Assembly (NCBI GenBank): GCA_964402225.1
Contig: CAYOBQ010000017.1
Span: 10,349-74,348 of the forward strand
Length of the DNA: 64,000 nucleotides
Reading direction: 5' to 3'
Source of the DNA: an uncultured Nannocystaceae bacterium
GTDB taxonomy: Bacteria > Myxococcota_A > Bradymonadia > UBA7976 > UBA1532
Shown here: in pieces, positions 53,001-60,286 of the stretch
Position numbering within the stretch: position 1 is the stretch's first letter
Layout: the number at the start of each line of letters is the position of its first letter
Position numbers and translations under genes: made by a program
The notes under the pieces: generated by a model
Told to the model about the DNA's origin: nothing
Seen by the model: the letters and a program-made list of their open reading frames with translations, nothing else
Database searches by the model: none

Positions 53001-53285
53001 CGGGGGGAGGACGCGGAGGCCGAGGTGGTCCTGGCGGCGGCGGAGGGGCGCGCGCAACGGACTGGTCGCGGGGGGCTGGCGGCGGCCATCGCGGCCCATC
53101 GCCTCGCCGCCCGGGACTGGTCGGCGGAGGCCTTCGAGGCGGTCGCGCGGCGGCTCGAGGAGACCGGCTACGTCGATCCAGACGTCGCGTGGTCGCTGCG
53201 GCGCGCGGCGAAGCGGGCCCCCGACGTGGAGTGGGCGCAACGCGCCCTCCACGAGGCCGACCGCCACGAAGTGACGCTCACTTGA
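50058..53285 (+). CDS. Ser/Thr kinase - STAND/AAA ATPase - TPR multidomain protein
   Basis: GRGAMG.V, HRDLKPAN, DFG, YMAPE; GLPGFGKSRL (Walker A), LWLDDLQW (Walker B); C-terminal TPRs. Confidence 0.9.
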   Translation: MRLGGFELHEAVGRGAMGIVWRGEGAGLPVAVKVLTEARARDPAYIAAFTREIHAVARLRHPGVVTVYDHGVVPPDTGALVAGAPYLVMELARSSLAAGARIATWGAVRDILVDVLGALAAAHARGLVHRDLKPANVLLCGGRLKLSDFGLACPGGRRAPFALTGGSPGYMAPEQLLGAWRDFGPWTDLYATGCLAWFLCTGARPFADRATAQLAHLHLNEAVPALRPRMPVPAGFTEWVATLLQKAPTDRFGHAADATAALLALDGEPLTEVALTAPVPISATVTLADDAPDTFAMPTTPRDAPAPRPAWPAAPGHRPQPTIRLPASWRSEPPEPPPPNLGLGLYGLRETPVVGRSREQRALWQALRRVIDTRRPGMVVLRGLPGFGKSRLAEWLCHRTAELGAARWLAVRHDPLGGPEHGLRPAIAAALRCADLSRDDIERRLVHWLRRFDAVAEADAEALADFLADAWDGSTGARDALLSRLLARMSADRPLVLWLDDLQWGADAAAFVGALLADPLDLAPRVLVVATTTGAAPESSAPETSSVLDVGPLPPESWPVLVRELLGLDGELARRVCERTAGHPLFATQLVGDWVRREVLVPGGRGYRLKRGARADLPDDLHGVWSERVLEVLRGLPSTARAGLEIAAALGRSVSAREWDGACDEPPGALVDRLVGSGLADRTPEGWVFTHAVLRESVERLADEAGRAAGHHRRCAAVVDDPVRRGRHLLLAGDGAAALAPLLEGARGRVAAGDYAGAGVLLDEREAAVDASQTPGAALDGWLLYSRLRTATGQLAAAESWARRAEAVATDDPQRARARYRLGKVAQARGDFEVATARLRGARALGDKALGGHCEIDLGWVHLEQGELAAAAACFEAALPVFHDEPRTAALCLRSLGVAERRAGRLEAADAHTQRALALYGDVRARAGAADCLNSLGEIARAAGDAARAERHYRAALERQRALGSSNAVYCETNLGLVLLGRGEDAEAEVVLAAAEGRAQRTGRGGLAAAIAAHRLAARDWSAEAFEAVARRLEETGYVDPDVAWSLRRAAKRAPDVEWAQRALHEADRHEVTLT

Positions 53286-54252
53286 CCCGGGGCAACAGCC
53301 AATCGAGGAAGGGCTCTGCGCTCGCGAGGTCGGCGATCAGCGGGCCGCCCACCTCCACCACCTCCGCGCGCAGCGGCGCGGCGTCTGAGCCCAAGAGCTC
53401 GCGCACCGTGCGCGCGCCCTCGACCTCCAAGGCGGCGCGCACCTCCGCCAGGATCCCATCGCGGATCTCGGGCCGCTCCAGGTTGTGCGCCAGGAGCCCT
53501 GGCAGGACCTCCACCAGATCGTCGATGGACAGCTTGAGCTGCGCCTTGGTGACCTTCGCCGTCGGCGTCTTCATCGCCTCGTCGTAGATCTGGAGCTTGG
53601 TGCGCCCGAGCTGTCGAGCCGTCTCCTGGCTCGACAGGATCGCCACCAGGCGCTCCAACATGACGTTCATCGAGCCGTCGATGAAGGTGCGCGCGGCCCG
53701 GCTGGCCTGCTGTTGCACCTGCTCGCCGATGGCCCCCAGCACGCCGCCGCCCGCCGCCCGCTTCGCGAAGCCGAAGGCCGAGCGAGCGACGCTGCCGCCC
53801 ATGCCGCCGCCGGATCCCCCCGGTCGCAGCGTCTCGATGAAGCGGCTCAGCGTCTCCTCGATGACCGACTTGAGCATGTGCTTCACGGCGCCTTGCTGCA
53901 CCAGCTTGTCGAGGAAGCGCCGCTCGAACTCCACCGGGCGGGCCGCGAGCGAGCGCAGCTCGGCCTTCGCCTCCGCCGTCAGCCAGTCGCCGACCAGATC
54001 GCCGCGGGCCTTCGCGCGCTCGTGCTCACGCTCCAGGAAGGGCCCCAGATGCTCGCGCGCCCAACGCTCGATGTGGGGCTCGGCCAGCGCGCGCTCGATC
54101 TGCGCGAGCAGGCGATCCGGATCGACGTAGCGCGCCACCGGCTGGTCGATGGCGTGGTCGTACCAGACCCCGACGAGCTCGCCAGCGTCGTCGACGTTCC
54201 CCAAGGACTTCAACAGCTTCTGGACCGCGCGCGGCCACTTTCGCTCAGCCAT
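53278..54252 (-). CDS. Hypothetical alpha-helical protein
   Basis: Strong coding bias, no recognised motif; Gly-rich amphipathic segment mid-protein. Confidence 0.65.
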   Translation of the reverse strand: MAERKWPRAVQKLLKSLGNVDDAGELVGVWYDHAIDQPVARYVDPDRLLAQIERALAEPHIERWAREHLGPFLEREHERAKARGDLVGDWLTAEAKAELRSLAARPVEFERRFLDKLVQQGAVKHMLKSVIEETLSRFIETLRPGGSGGGMGGSVARSAFGFAKRAAGGGVLGAIGEQVQQQASRAARTFIDGSMNVMLERLVAILSSQETARQLGRTKLQIYDEAMKTPTAKVTKAQLKLSIDDLVEVLPGLLAHNLERPEIRDGILAEVRAALEVEGARTVRELLGSDAAPLRAEVVEVGGPLIADLASAEPFLDWLLPRVK

Positions 54253-54409
54253 GGAGGCAGGTTAGGGCCGCGGCGGAGACAACTCCAGGGTGTTGCGCTC
54301 AGTCGCCTCCGGGTTCGAGCCCGCGGCGAGACGCGCCCGGAGACGCGCTTCGAGGTCATCGATCGCGCGCTGGGCCACGGTTGGGATGGGTCCCACGCCC
54401 TCGACCTCG

Positions 54410-55669
54410 CTACGGCAACAGCGGGCGCCCCGCTACGCCGAGCTCGGCCCGGCGGACGCCGCGCTCATCGGCGAAGGGCGCGATGGCGAGCATGGAGATG
54501 TACAGCGTGGTGGCGCCGAAGGGCTCGGTGCCGAAGGCGAGGTTGGCGAAGATCGCCTTCTCGTCGGCGACGAGCAGCCGGGTCGCCTCCTGACCACCCG
54601 CCGGCAGGACCCACACCGCGCTCTCCTCGAGCATGAAGCCCTCGGTGGTGTCGGCGATGAAGTACAGGTTGCCCTCGAGGTCGAAGGCGACGCCGTCTCC
54701 GAAGAGGCCGATGTTGTCGAGGACGCGCTCGCGTTCGCCGAAGCCGTCGGCCGCGACGTCGAGGACGAAGAGCTGGGCGATGGGCGCCGTGGCCTCGACG
54801 GTGTCTGCGTGGTTGCACAAGAGCGCGGTGTTCTCGGTGACCCCCCAGAGGCGGCCGTCGTCGTCGAAGGCGACGCCGTTGGGGCCGCCCTCGGTGGGGA
54901 GGTCGAAGGCGTGGCGGGCGACGACCTCGCCGGCGCCGGGGTCGTAGCGCAGGAGCTCACCGGCGCAGGGGTCGGTCACGAAGATGTGGCCGCCTGGCCC
55001 GACCGCGACGTAGTTCGGGGCGACGAGCCCGTCTAGCGCCGTGCTCACCTCCCCCTCGACGATCTTGCGCAGCGCGCCGGCCCCGGCGTCGGCGACCCAC
55101 AGCGCCCCAGAGGTGTCCACGGCGACACCGAGCACCGACTCGCCCATGGCGTCGCCCGTCAGGGGGATCCTCGAGGCGCTCCCGTCGGGGGCCACGCTCA
55201 GCAGACCGCCGGGGACGCCGAGCACCATCGCGTCGCCCACGAAGGCGAGGTCCTCGGTGCTCCCGGAGACGGCCTCCGACTCGAGGAACGCTTCCACGTC
55301 GCCGAAGACCTCGTCTTCGAGGGGCGCCGGCAGGCTCGGCGTAAGGGTCACGAGCTGCTCGATGGCCTCGTCTTCGACGGCGACGCGCAGCAGATTGAGG
55401 ACGGGAAGCTCGCCGAGGGTCCAGGTGACGGCGCCGCCCTCGATGGCGACGTCGCCACCGCCACGCTCGACGGTGGCGACGATGGGGACCTCGACCGCGG
55501 CGCCGTCGGTGTCCACGACCTCGACGGACAGCACGACGGCCTCGCCTGTCGCTGGCTCGAGCGGTGCGTTGGAGATCCGCAGGCTCGCGGGGGCGGCGGG
55601 CTCGGCGGCGCCGTCGTCACAGCCCGTGAGGCAGAAGAGGACTACTCCGAGTCGGGCCAAAGGAGCCAT
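54410..55669 (-). CDS. Lipoprotein with Ig-like N-domain and SMP-30/gluconolactonase-like beta-propeller
   Basis: Lipobox LTGC; TEDLAF, PNYVAV, GPNGVAFD, GDGVAFDLEGNLY, ANLAFG. Confidence 0.75.
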   Translation of the reverse strand: MAPLARLGVVLFCLTGCDDGAAEPAAPASLRISNAPLEPATGEAVVLSVEVVDTDGAAVEVPIVATVERGGGDVAIEGGAVTWTLGELPVLNLLRVAVEDEAIEQLVTLTPSLPAPLEDEVFGDVEAFLESEAVSGSTEDLAFVGDAMVLGVPGGLLSVAPDGSASRIPLTGDAMGESVLGVAVDTSGALWVADAGAGALRKIVEGEVSTALDGLVAPNYVAVGPGGHIFVTDPCAGELLRYDPGAGEVVARHAFDLPTEGGPNGVAFDDDGRLWGVTENTALLCNHADTVEATAPIAQLFVLDVAADGFGERERVLDNIGLFGDGVAFDLEGNLYFIADTTEGFMLEESAVWVLPAGGQEATRLLVADEKAIFANLAFGTEPFGATTLYISMLAIAPFADERGVRRAELGVAGRPLLP

Positions 55670-56682
55670 GTGATCCCTCCGGCGAGGGCGGCCCCGCCGC
55701 TGATGTAGAGGATGTCGGCGGCCTGTGCCTGGCTGCGCCAGCGGTCGTCTAGCTCGTCGTACTCGGCGCGGTCCGCGGCGAGGTTCGAGGTGCGCGCGAG
55801 GTCGTCGGCCTGCCGGTTGGTCTGCATCGCCCGATAGCCGAAGAAGCCACCCGCGCCGAGGGCCGCGGAGCCCACGGCGGCCAAGGCCCAGCCGGGCCAG
55901 CGCGCCATCGCGCCCGGACGCTCGTAGCCCTCCTTGGGGATCAGCGTGATCGCGCGCTCGAGCGTCTGGCCGTCTTCGATGGTGACCCTTCCGAGGTGGC
56001 GCTCGAACCCGTCGAGGGCGAGCTCGAGCACGTAGCTGCGGGCGTCGAGCTGGAAGTCCGTCAGGGGCGCAGCCCCCACCACCTCTCCGTCGAGGATGAC
56101 CGCCGCGCCGGGTGGCACCGAGCTCACGCTCAACACGCCGCCGACGCTGGCGGGGGACATCACGACCGTGATCTCGTAGCGCTCGCCCCGCTCGGCGTCG
56201 AGGGTCCGGGACTCGTCGCCGTAGCCATCGAGCTCGAGATCGATCTGCCGGCGCCCGGGCTGGTCGGTGCCCTTCCACGGCGTGCGCCCGACGGTGCGCC
56301 CGTCGATGCGCACCGCGGCCCCCGGGGGGGAGGAGGTGATCTCGAAGACCGGCCGGGCGAGGGCGAGTGTGACCCGCTCGACGCACTCCCGGGCGGCCCG
56401 CCGGGTGGACTCCGGCACCCCCGGGGCGTTGAGGGCGATCTTGCACTGGACGAGGGCCTGATCGGGCTGACCGAGCTGCTCGTAGCAGCGGCCGATGTTG
56501 ACGTCGAGGTTGGGGTGGGGGACGAGCCGGTTGGCCTCGCGGAACTTGGCGAGGGCCTTCTCGTACTGCTTGGCGCGGAACGCCTTCGCCGCTGTGCGGC
56601 TGAGGTCGCGGGCGCGCTGCACGTCGTTCGGTGCGCTCCACGCGGGGGCGATCAGCACGCAGAGGAGGAGGAGTCTTCTCAC
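55642..56682 (-). CDS. TPR plus two PEGA domain protein with C-terminal hydrophobic hairpin
   Basis: Signal peptide; KQYEKAL.KF...NIGRCYE; SSPPGA.VRIDG..VG.TP and SVPPGA.VILDG..VG.AP. Confidence 0.82.
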   Translation of the reverse strand: MRRLLLLCVLIAPAWSAPNDVQRARDLSRTAAKAFRAKQYEKALAKFREANRLVPHPNLDVNIGRCYEQLGQPDQALVQCKIALNAPGVPESTRRAARECVERVTLALARPVFEITSSPPGAAVRIDGRTVGRTPWKGTDQPGRRQIDLELDGYGDESRTLDAERGERYEITVVMSPASVGGVLSVSSVPPGAAVILDGEVVGAAPLTDFQLDARSYVLELALDGFERHLGRVTIEDGQTLERAITLIPKEGYERPGAMARWPGWALAAVGSAALGAGGFFGYRAMQTNRQADDLARTSNLAADRAEYDELDDRWRSQAQAADILYISGGAALAGGITWLLWPDSE

Positions 56683-56689
56683 GCGGGCA

Positions 56690-58048
56690 TTACGGCACGA
56701 GTTCGAAGATCGGTTCCAGCTTCGCGCGCACCTTGCCGTCCTTGCGCACGCTCGCGCGCAGCTTCACAGGGGAGTAACCGGCCCGCTTCAGCGTGAGATT
56801 CAGCGCCCGGCCGGACATCGGGCGCCGGAGAGCGAGGGGCGTGCGGCCCAGGGCTCGGCCGCGCTCGTAGACCACGGCGCCGGCGGGATCGGAGCTGACC
56901 TTCACCGTCACGTAGCGTGTCTTGGGCTTGGGCGCGGCGTCGACGACCTCCGGGACGCCAGCGTCGGTGGCCGTGGGCGCGGCGGCGTCGATGACCTTGG
57001 GCGCCGCGGCGTCGACCTCCGCGACGTCGACCGCGGCGCGGTCGGGACGCGCCGCGTCGACGACGTCAATCTGCGCCGCGTCGGCGGCCACCGCGGTGGG
57101 ATCCGGCCGCGTCATCCACCAGCCCAAGGCGGCGAGGATGATCGCCGCGACGGCCGCGATGGTGCCCCGGCTGGTGCCGCTGGACACGGTCGCGGCGTCG
57201 GCGCGCACCCCGGCGGCAAACGCGTTGATGTCTCGGAAACGATCGTCGGGGTCCTTGGCGAGGGCCTTCTCGACGGCGGCGGCGAGGTTGCGCGGCACGT
57301 CCGGGGCGCGCTTGCGGAGCGGCTCCGGGGCTTCGTGGGCCTGCTTGTAGAGGATCGCCATCGGGGTCGGCCCATCGAAGGGCGGATCACCGACCAACGC
57401 CTGATAGGCGATGACGGCCAGCGAGTACTGGTCGGCGCGGCCGTCGATCTCGGCCTCGGAGAGCATCTCCGGCGGCATGTACTTGGGCGTCCCCAGGGCG
57501 GTGGAGGTGGTCTGCGTGTTCTCGTCGACGGACTTCACGATCCCGAGATCCATCACCGTGACGCGGCCGTCGGGCCCGACCATCATGTTGCCGGGCTTGA
57601 TGTCGCGATGAATCAGCCCGTTTCGGTGGAGCGCGTCGAGGGCGTCGCAGACCTCGATCACGATGCGCCGGACGCGGTCGGCTTCGAGCTTGCCCGCGGA
57701 CTTGAGCAGCGCGGAGAGCGTCTGCCCCTCCACGAACTTCATGACCATGTAGTAGACGCCCGCCTCGCGTCCGACGGCGTAGACGGGGACCAGCGCCGTG
57801 TGCTCGACGCGGGCCAGGGAGCGCGCCTCGCGCATGAAGCGGCTGAGCACAGAGCCGTCCGCGTCGCTGGCCCGCAGCGCCTTGATCGCCACGGGTCGGC
57901 TCAACGTCAGATCGGTGCCGCGGTAGACCACCCCCATCCCGCCGCGGCCCACCTCGTCGTCGATCCGATAACGGCTCTCGAGGATGGCGCCGGGTTGGAA
58001 CGGCTGGGGCTCAGCGACGTCGGGCGGGGCTTCGCTTTCTTCCATCAC
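56690..58048 (-). CDS. Membrane Ser/Thr kinase with C-terminal PEGA domain
   Basis: GRGGMGVVY, HRDIKPGN, DLG, GTPKYMPPE; TM; SSDPAGAVVY...LGRTP. Confidence 0.9.
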   Translation of the reverse strand: MMEESEAPPDVAEPQPFQPGAILESRYRIDDEVGRGGMGVVYRGTDLTLSRPVAIKALRASDADGSVLSRFMREARSLARVEHTALVPVYAVGREAGVYYMVMKFVEGQTLSALLKSAGKLEADRVRRIVIEVCDALDALHRNGLIHRDIKPGNMMVGPDGRVTVMDLGIVKSVDENTQTTSTALGTPKYMPPEMLSEAEIDGRADQYSLAVIAYQALVGDPPFDGPTPMAILYKQAHEAPEPLRKRAPDVPRNLAAAVEKALAKDPDDRFRDINAFAAGVRADAATVSSGTSRGTIAAVAAIILAALGWWMTRPDPTAVAADAAQIDVVDAARPDRAAVDVAEVDAAAPKVIDAAAPTATDAGVPEVVDAAPKPKTRYVTVKVSSDPAGAVVYERGRALGRTPLALRRPMSGRALNLTLKRAGYSPVKLRASVRKDGKVRAKLEPIFELVP

Positions 58049-58096
58049 TCATCCGCGCCGCTTATGGTGTCACGATAGTCTCGCTGTCGGTACTTC

Positions 58097-59146
58097 GTGA
58101 GCCTCTCGACCCATCCATGCCCCCGCTGCGGCGCCGCTGTACTCAGCGACTCCACCCATTGCGGGGGCTGTGGCCAACACCAGATCGACCGGGACGATCC
58201 CCCCGAGGCGTGGGTCGGCCGGGTGATCGACGGCAAGTACGAGATCCTCGAGGTCGTCGGCGTCGGCGGGATGGGCATGGTCTTTCGGGCCCGCCGCACG
58301 CTGGTGGGCGACGAGGTGGCCTTGAAGGTCCTGTTCCCTCGCTTCCTCGAGAGCGAGCTTCAGCGGCGCCTCTTCCAGGACGAGGCCGTGGCCAGCGCCC
58401 GGCTGTCGCATCCCAACGTCGTCACGGTCTTCGACGCCGAGCTCGATCCCGAGCAAGGCTACGCCTACATCGCGATGGAGCTGCTGCGCGGTCGCACCTA
58501 CAAGGTGCTCTTGCGCGAGGAGGCCCCGATGCCGCCGGAGGTCGTCCTGCCGCTGATGGAGCAGGTCTGCGCGGGCCTCGTGGCGGCCCATCAGGCGCGG
58601 GTCATCCACCGCGACCTGAAGCCCGACAACATCTTCCTCGAGGAGCGCGAGGGTGAGGCCCCGCGGGTCAAGCTCGTCGACTTCGGCATCGCCGCCATGC
58701 TCGACGCCGACGAGCGCGACGAGGACCAGCGCCGCCTCCTCGGCACGCTGCGCTACATGGCCCCCGAGCAATGCCGCGTCGGCCCGGTCGACGAGCGCGC
58801 CGATCTCTACGCCCTCGGAGTCGTGATGTACGAGTCCCTCACGCGCCGTCGAGCGACGGGGAAGACCATCTCCGCCGTGCTCACCGACGAGGTCGTCCCG
58901 CCGAACATGCTGCTCGAAGAGGACCAGCACCTCCCCCACGCCCTGGAGAACCTGGTGATGCGGCTCCTGGCGAAGGACCCCGCCGGGCGCCCCGGATCAG
59001 CCGTGGAGGTGAAGCGCCTGCTCGCCGGTGTGAACGCGCCAGCGCCACCGCCGGCGCCCCCCGAGGAGCGAGCCGCTTGGGTGTGGCCCGCGGTGGTCGG
59101 CTTGGGCCTGCTGGCCGGCGTCGTCTGGGCGCTGTTGCGCACATGA
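58097..59146 (+). CDS. Ser/Thr kinase with N-terminal Zn-ribbon and C-terminal TM anchor
   Basis: CPRC...CGGC; GVGGMG.V, HRDLKPDN, DFG, GTLRYMAPE. Confidence 0.9.
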   Translation: MSLSTHPCPRCGAAVLSDSTHCGGCGQHQIDRDDPPEAWVGRVIDGKYEILEVVGVGGMGMVFRARRTLVGDEVALKVLFPRFLESELQRRLFQDEAVASARLSHPNVVTVFDAELDPEQGYAYIAMELLRGRTYKVLLREEAPMPPEVVLPLMEQVCAGLVAAHQARVIHRDLKPDNIFLEEREGEAPRVKLVDFGIAAMLDADERDEDQRRLLGTLRYMAPEQCRVGPVDERADLYALGVVMYESLTRRRATGKTISAVLTDEVVPPNMLLEEDQHLPHALENLVMRLLAKDPAGRPGSAVEVKRLLAGVNAPAPPPAPPEERAAWVWPAVVGLGLLAGVVWALLRT

Positions 59147-59856
59147 TCCGCGTCGTCCTCTGCCACCCCGCCGATCCCCGCAACGTCGGCACCTGCGCCC
59201 GCGCGGTCGCAAACCACGGGCTCGAGAGCCTGCACGTCGTCACTGAGCGCCCCTTCGATCCGAGCGACATCGACGCCTACTCGTGCGGCTCGGTGGCGCA
59301 TATGACCTACGTCGAGGTGCCCACCCTCGACGCCGCCACCGCCGACTGCCACCGCATCATCGGGACCAGCCGCCGCCGCCGCGACGCCGACGGTCCCCCG
59401 GTCTGGCCCGCCGCCGGCCTGCGCGCTCGGGTAGACGACGACACGCCCACCGCCATCCTCTTCGGCACCGAGCGAACGGGGCTCACGACCGCCGAGCTCG
59501 ACCGTTGCGAAGCCGTCGTGGAGATCCCCACCACCGAGATCTACCCCTCGATGAACCTGGGCCACGCGGTGGCCTGCATCGGCTACGAGCTGCGGCGCCC
59601 CGACCCCACGCGCGTGGGCCCCGCCGGCCACACCGAGGCCCCGCGCCTCAGCGCGGAGAAGCGCGACGCCGTCTTCGACCACGTCCTCGATGTCGTCGAC
59701 GAGCTCGGCTACCCGCCCGGCCGAAACCCGGAAGCCTTCGTCCGCCGCCTGCGTCGGATCCTGCGCCGCGCCAACCTCGGCGCCGACGAGATCAGCCTCG
59801 TCGCCGGCGTCTTCACGGAGCTGCGGCGCCTCCACCGGCTCGCTTCGGAGGACTGA
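59143..59856 (+). CDS. trmJ: TrmJ/LasT-type SPOUT RNA methyltransferase
   Basis: IRVVL..P..P.NVG..ARA..N.G, ILFGTERTGLT..EL..C, YPSMNLGHAV. Confidence 0.82.
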   Translation: MIRVVLCHPADPRNVGTCARAVANHGLESLHVVTERPFDPSDIDAYSCGSVAHMTYVEVPTLDAATADCHRIIGTSRRRRDADGPPVWPAAGLRARVDDDTPTAILFGTERTGLTTAELDRCEAVVEIPTTEIYPSMNLGHAVACIGYELRRPDPTRVGPAGHTEAPRLSAEKRDAVFDHVLDVVDELGYPPGRNPEAFVRRLRRILRRANLGADEISLVAGVFTELRRLHRLASED

Positions 59857-60286
59857 GCGGCTGCTCGTCGGCCTGGGGGGTGAAAAGCAGGCTGCGCACG
59901 ACCCCGCCAGCGTGCAGGTTCACCGTGTCGACCTGCTTCGTCGACCCCTCGAAGAGCACGGTGCAGCGCAATCTGGAGCCAGGGAGCGCCGCGAGGGGCA
60001 CCTCGAAGTACAGCCACGCCTCGTGCACCTTCGCCTCGATGCCCACCCAACGCAGAGGGCGCGCCTTCCCGTCGGCGCCGGTGACGACGAAGGTGTTGGC
60101 GAAGTAGGCCGCCGCGTGGGCGTCGTCGAGCTTGGGGAGCACCGCCTCGAGGTCGTGCAGGCTGGCGTAGAAGGCCACCTCGAGGACGCCGCGGGCCGGT
60201 CGATGGTGGACCTCGGCCAGGGCTACATGGCTCGGGTGCGCGGCGGCGCTCCCGGCGAGGAGCGCGAGGGCGAGCAAGCGGATCAC
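59813..60286 (-). CDS. DUF6702-like secreted protein
   Basis: GTG overlaps the aminopeptidase TGA; signal peptide, HPSHVALAEV, HDLE..L, W.G.E......WLYFE. Confidence 0.7.
   Translation of the reverse strand: MIRLLALALLAGSAAAHPSHVALAEVHHRPARGVLEVAFYASLHDLEAVLPKLDDAHAAAYFANTFVVTGADGKARPLRWVGIEAKVHEAWLYFEVPLAALPGSRLRCTVLFEGSTKQVDTVNLHAGGVVRSLLFTPQADEQPLSPPKRAGGGAAAP

Noticed and set aside
54410-56641. 743-aa ORF suggesting a PEGA-propeller fusion
   Set aside because: The first ~324 codons are an off-frame reading of the PEGA gene; the real lipoprotein starts at 55669.
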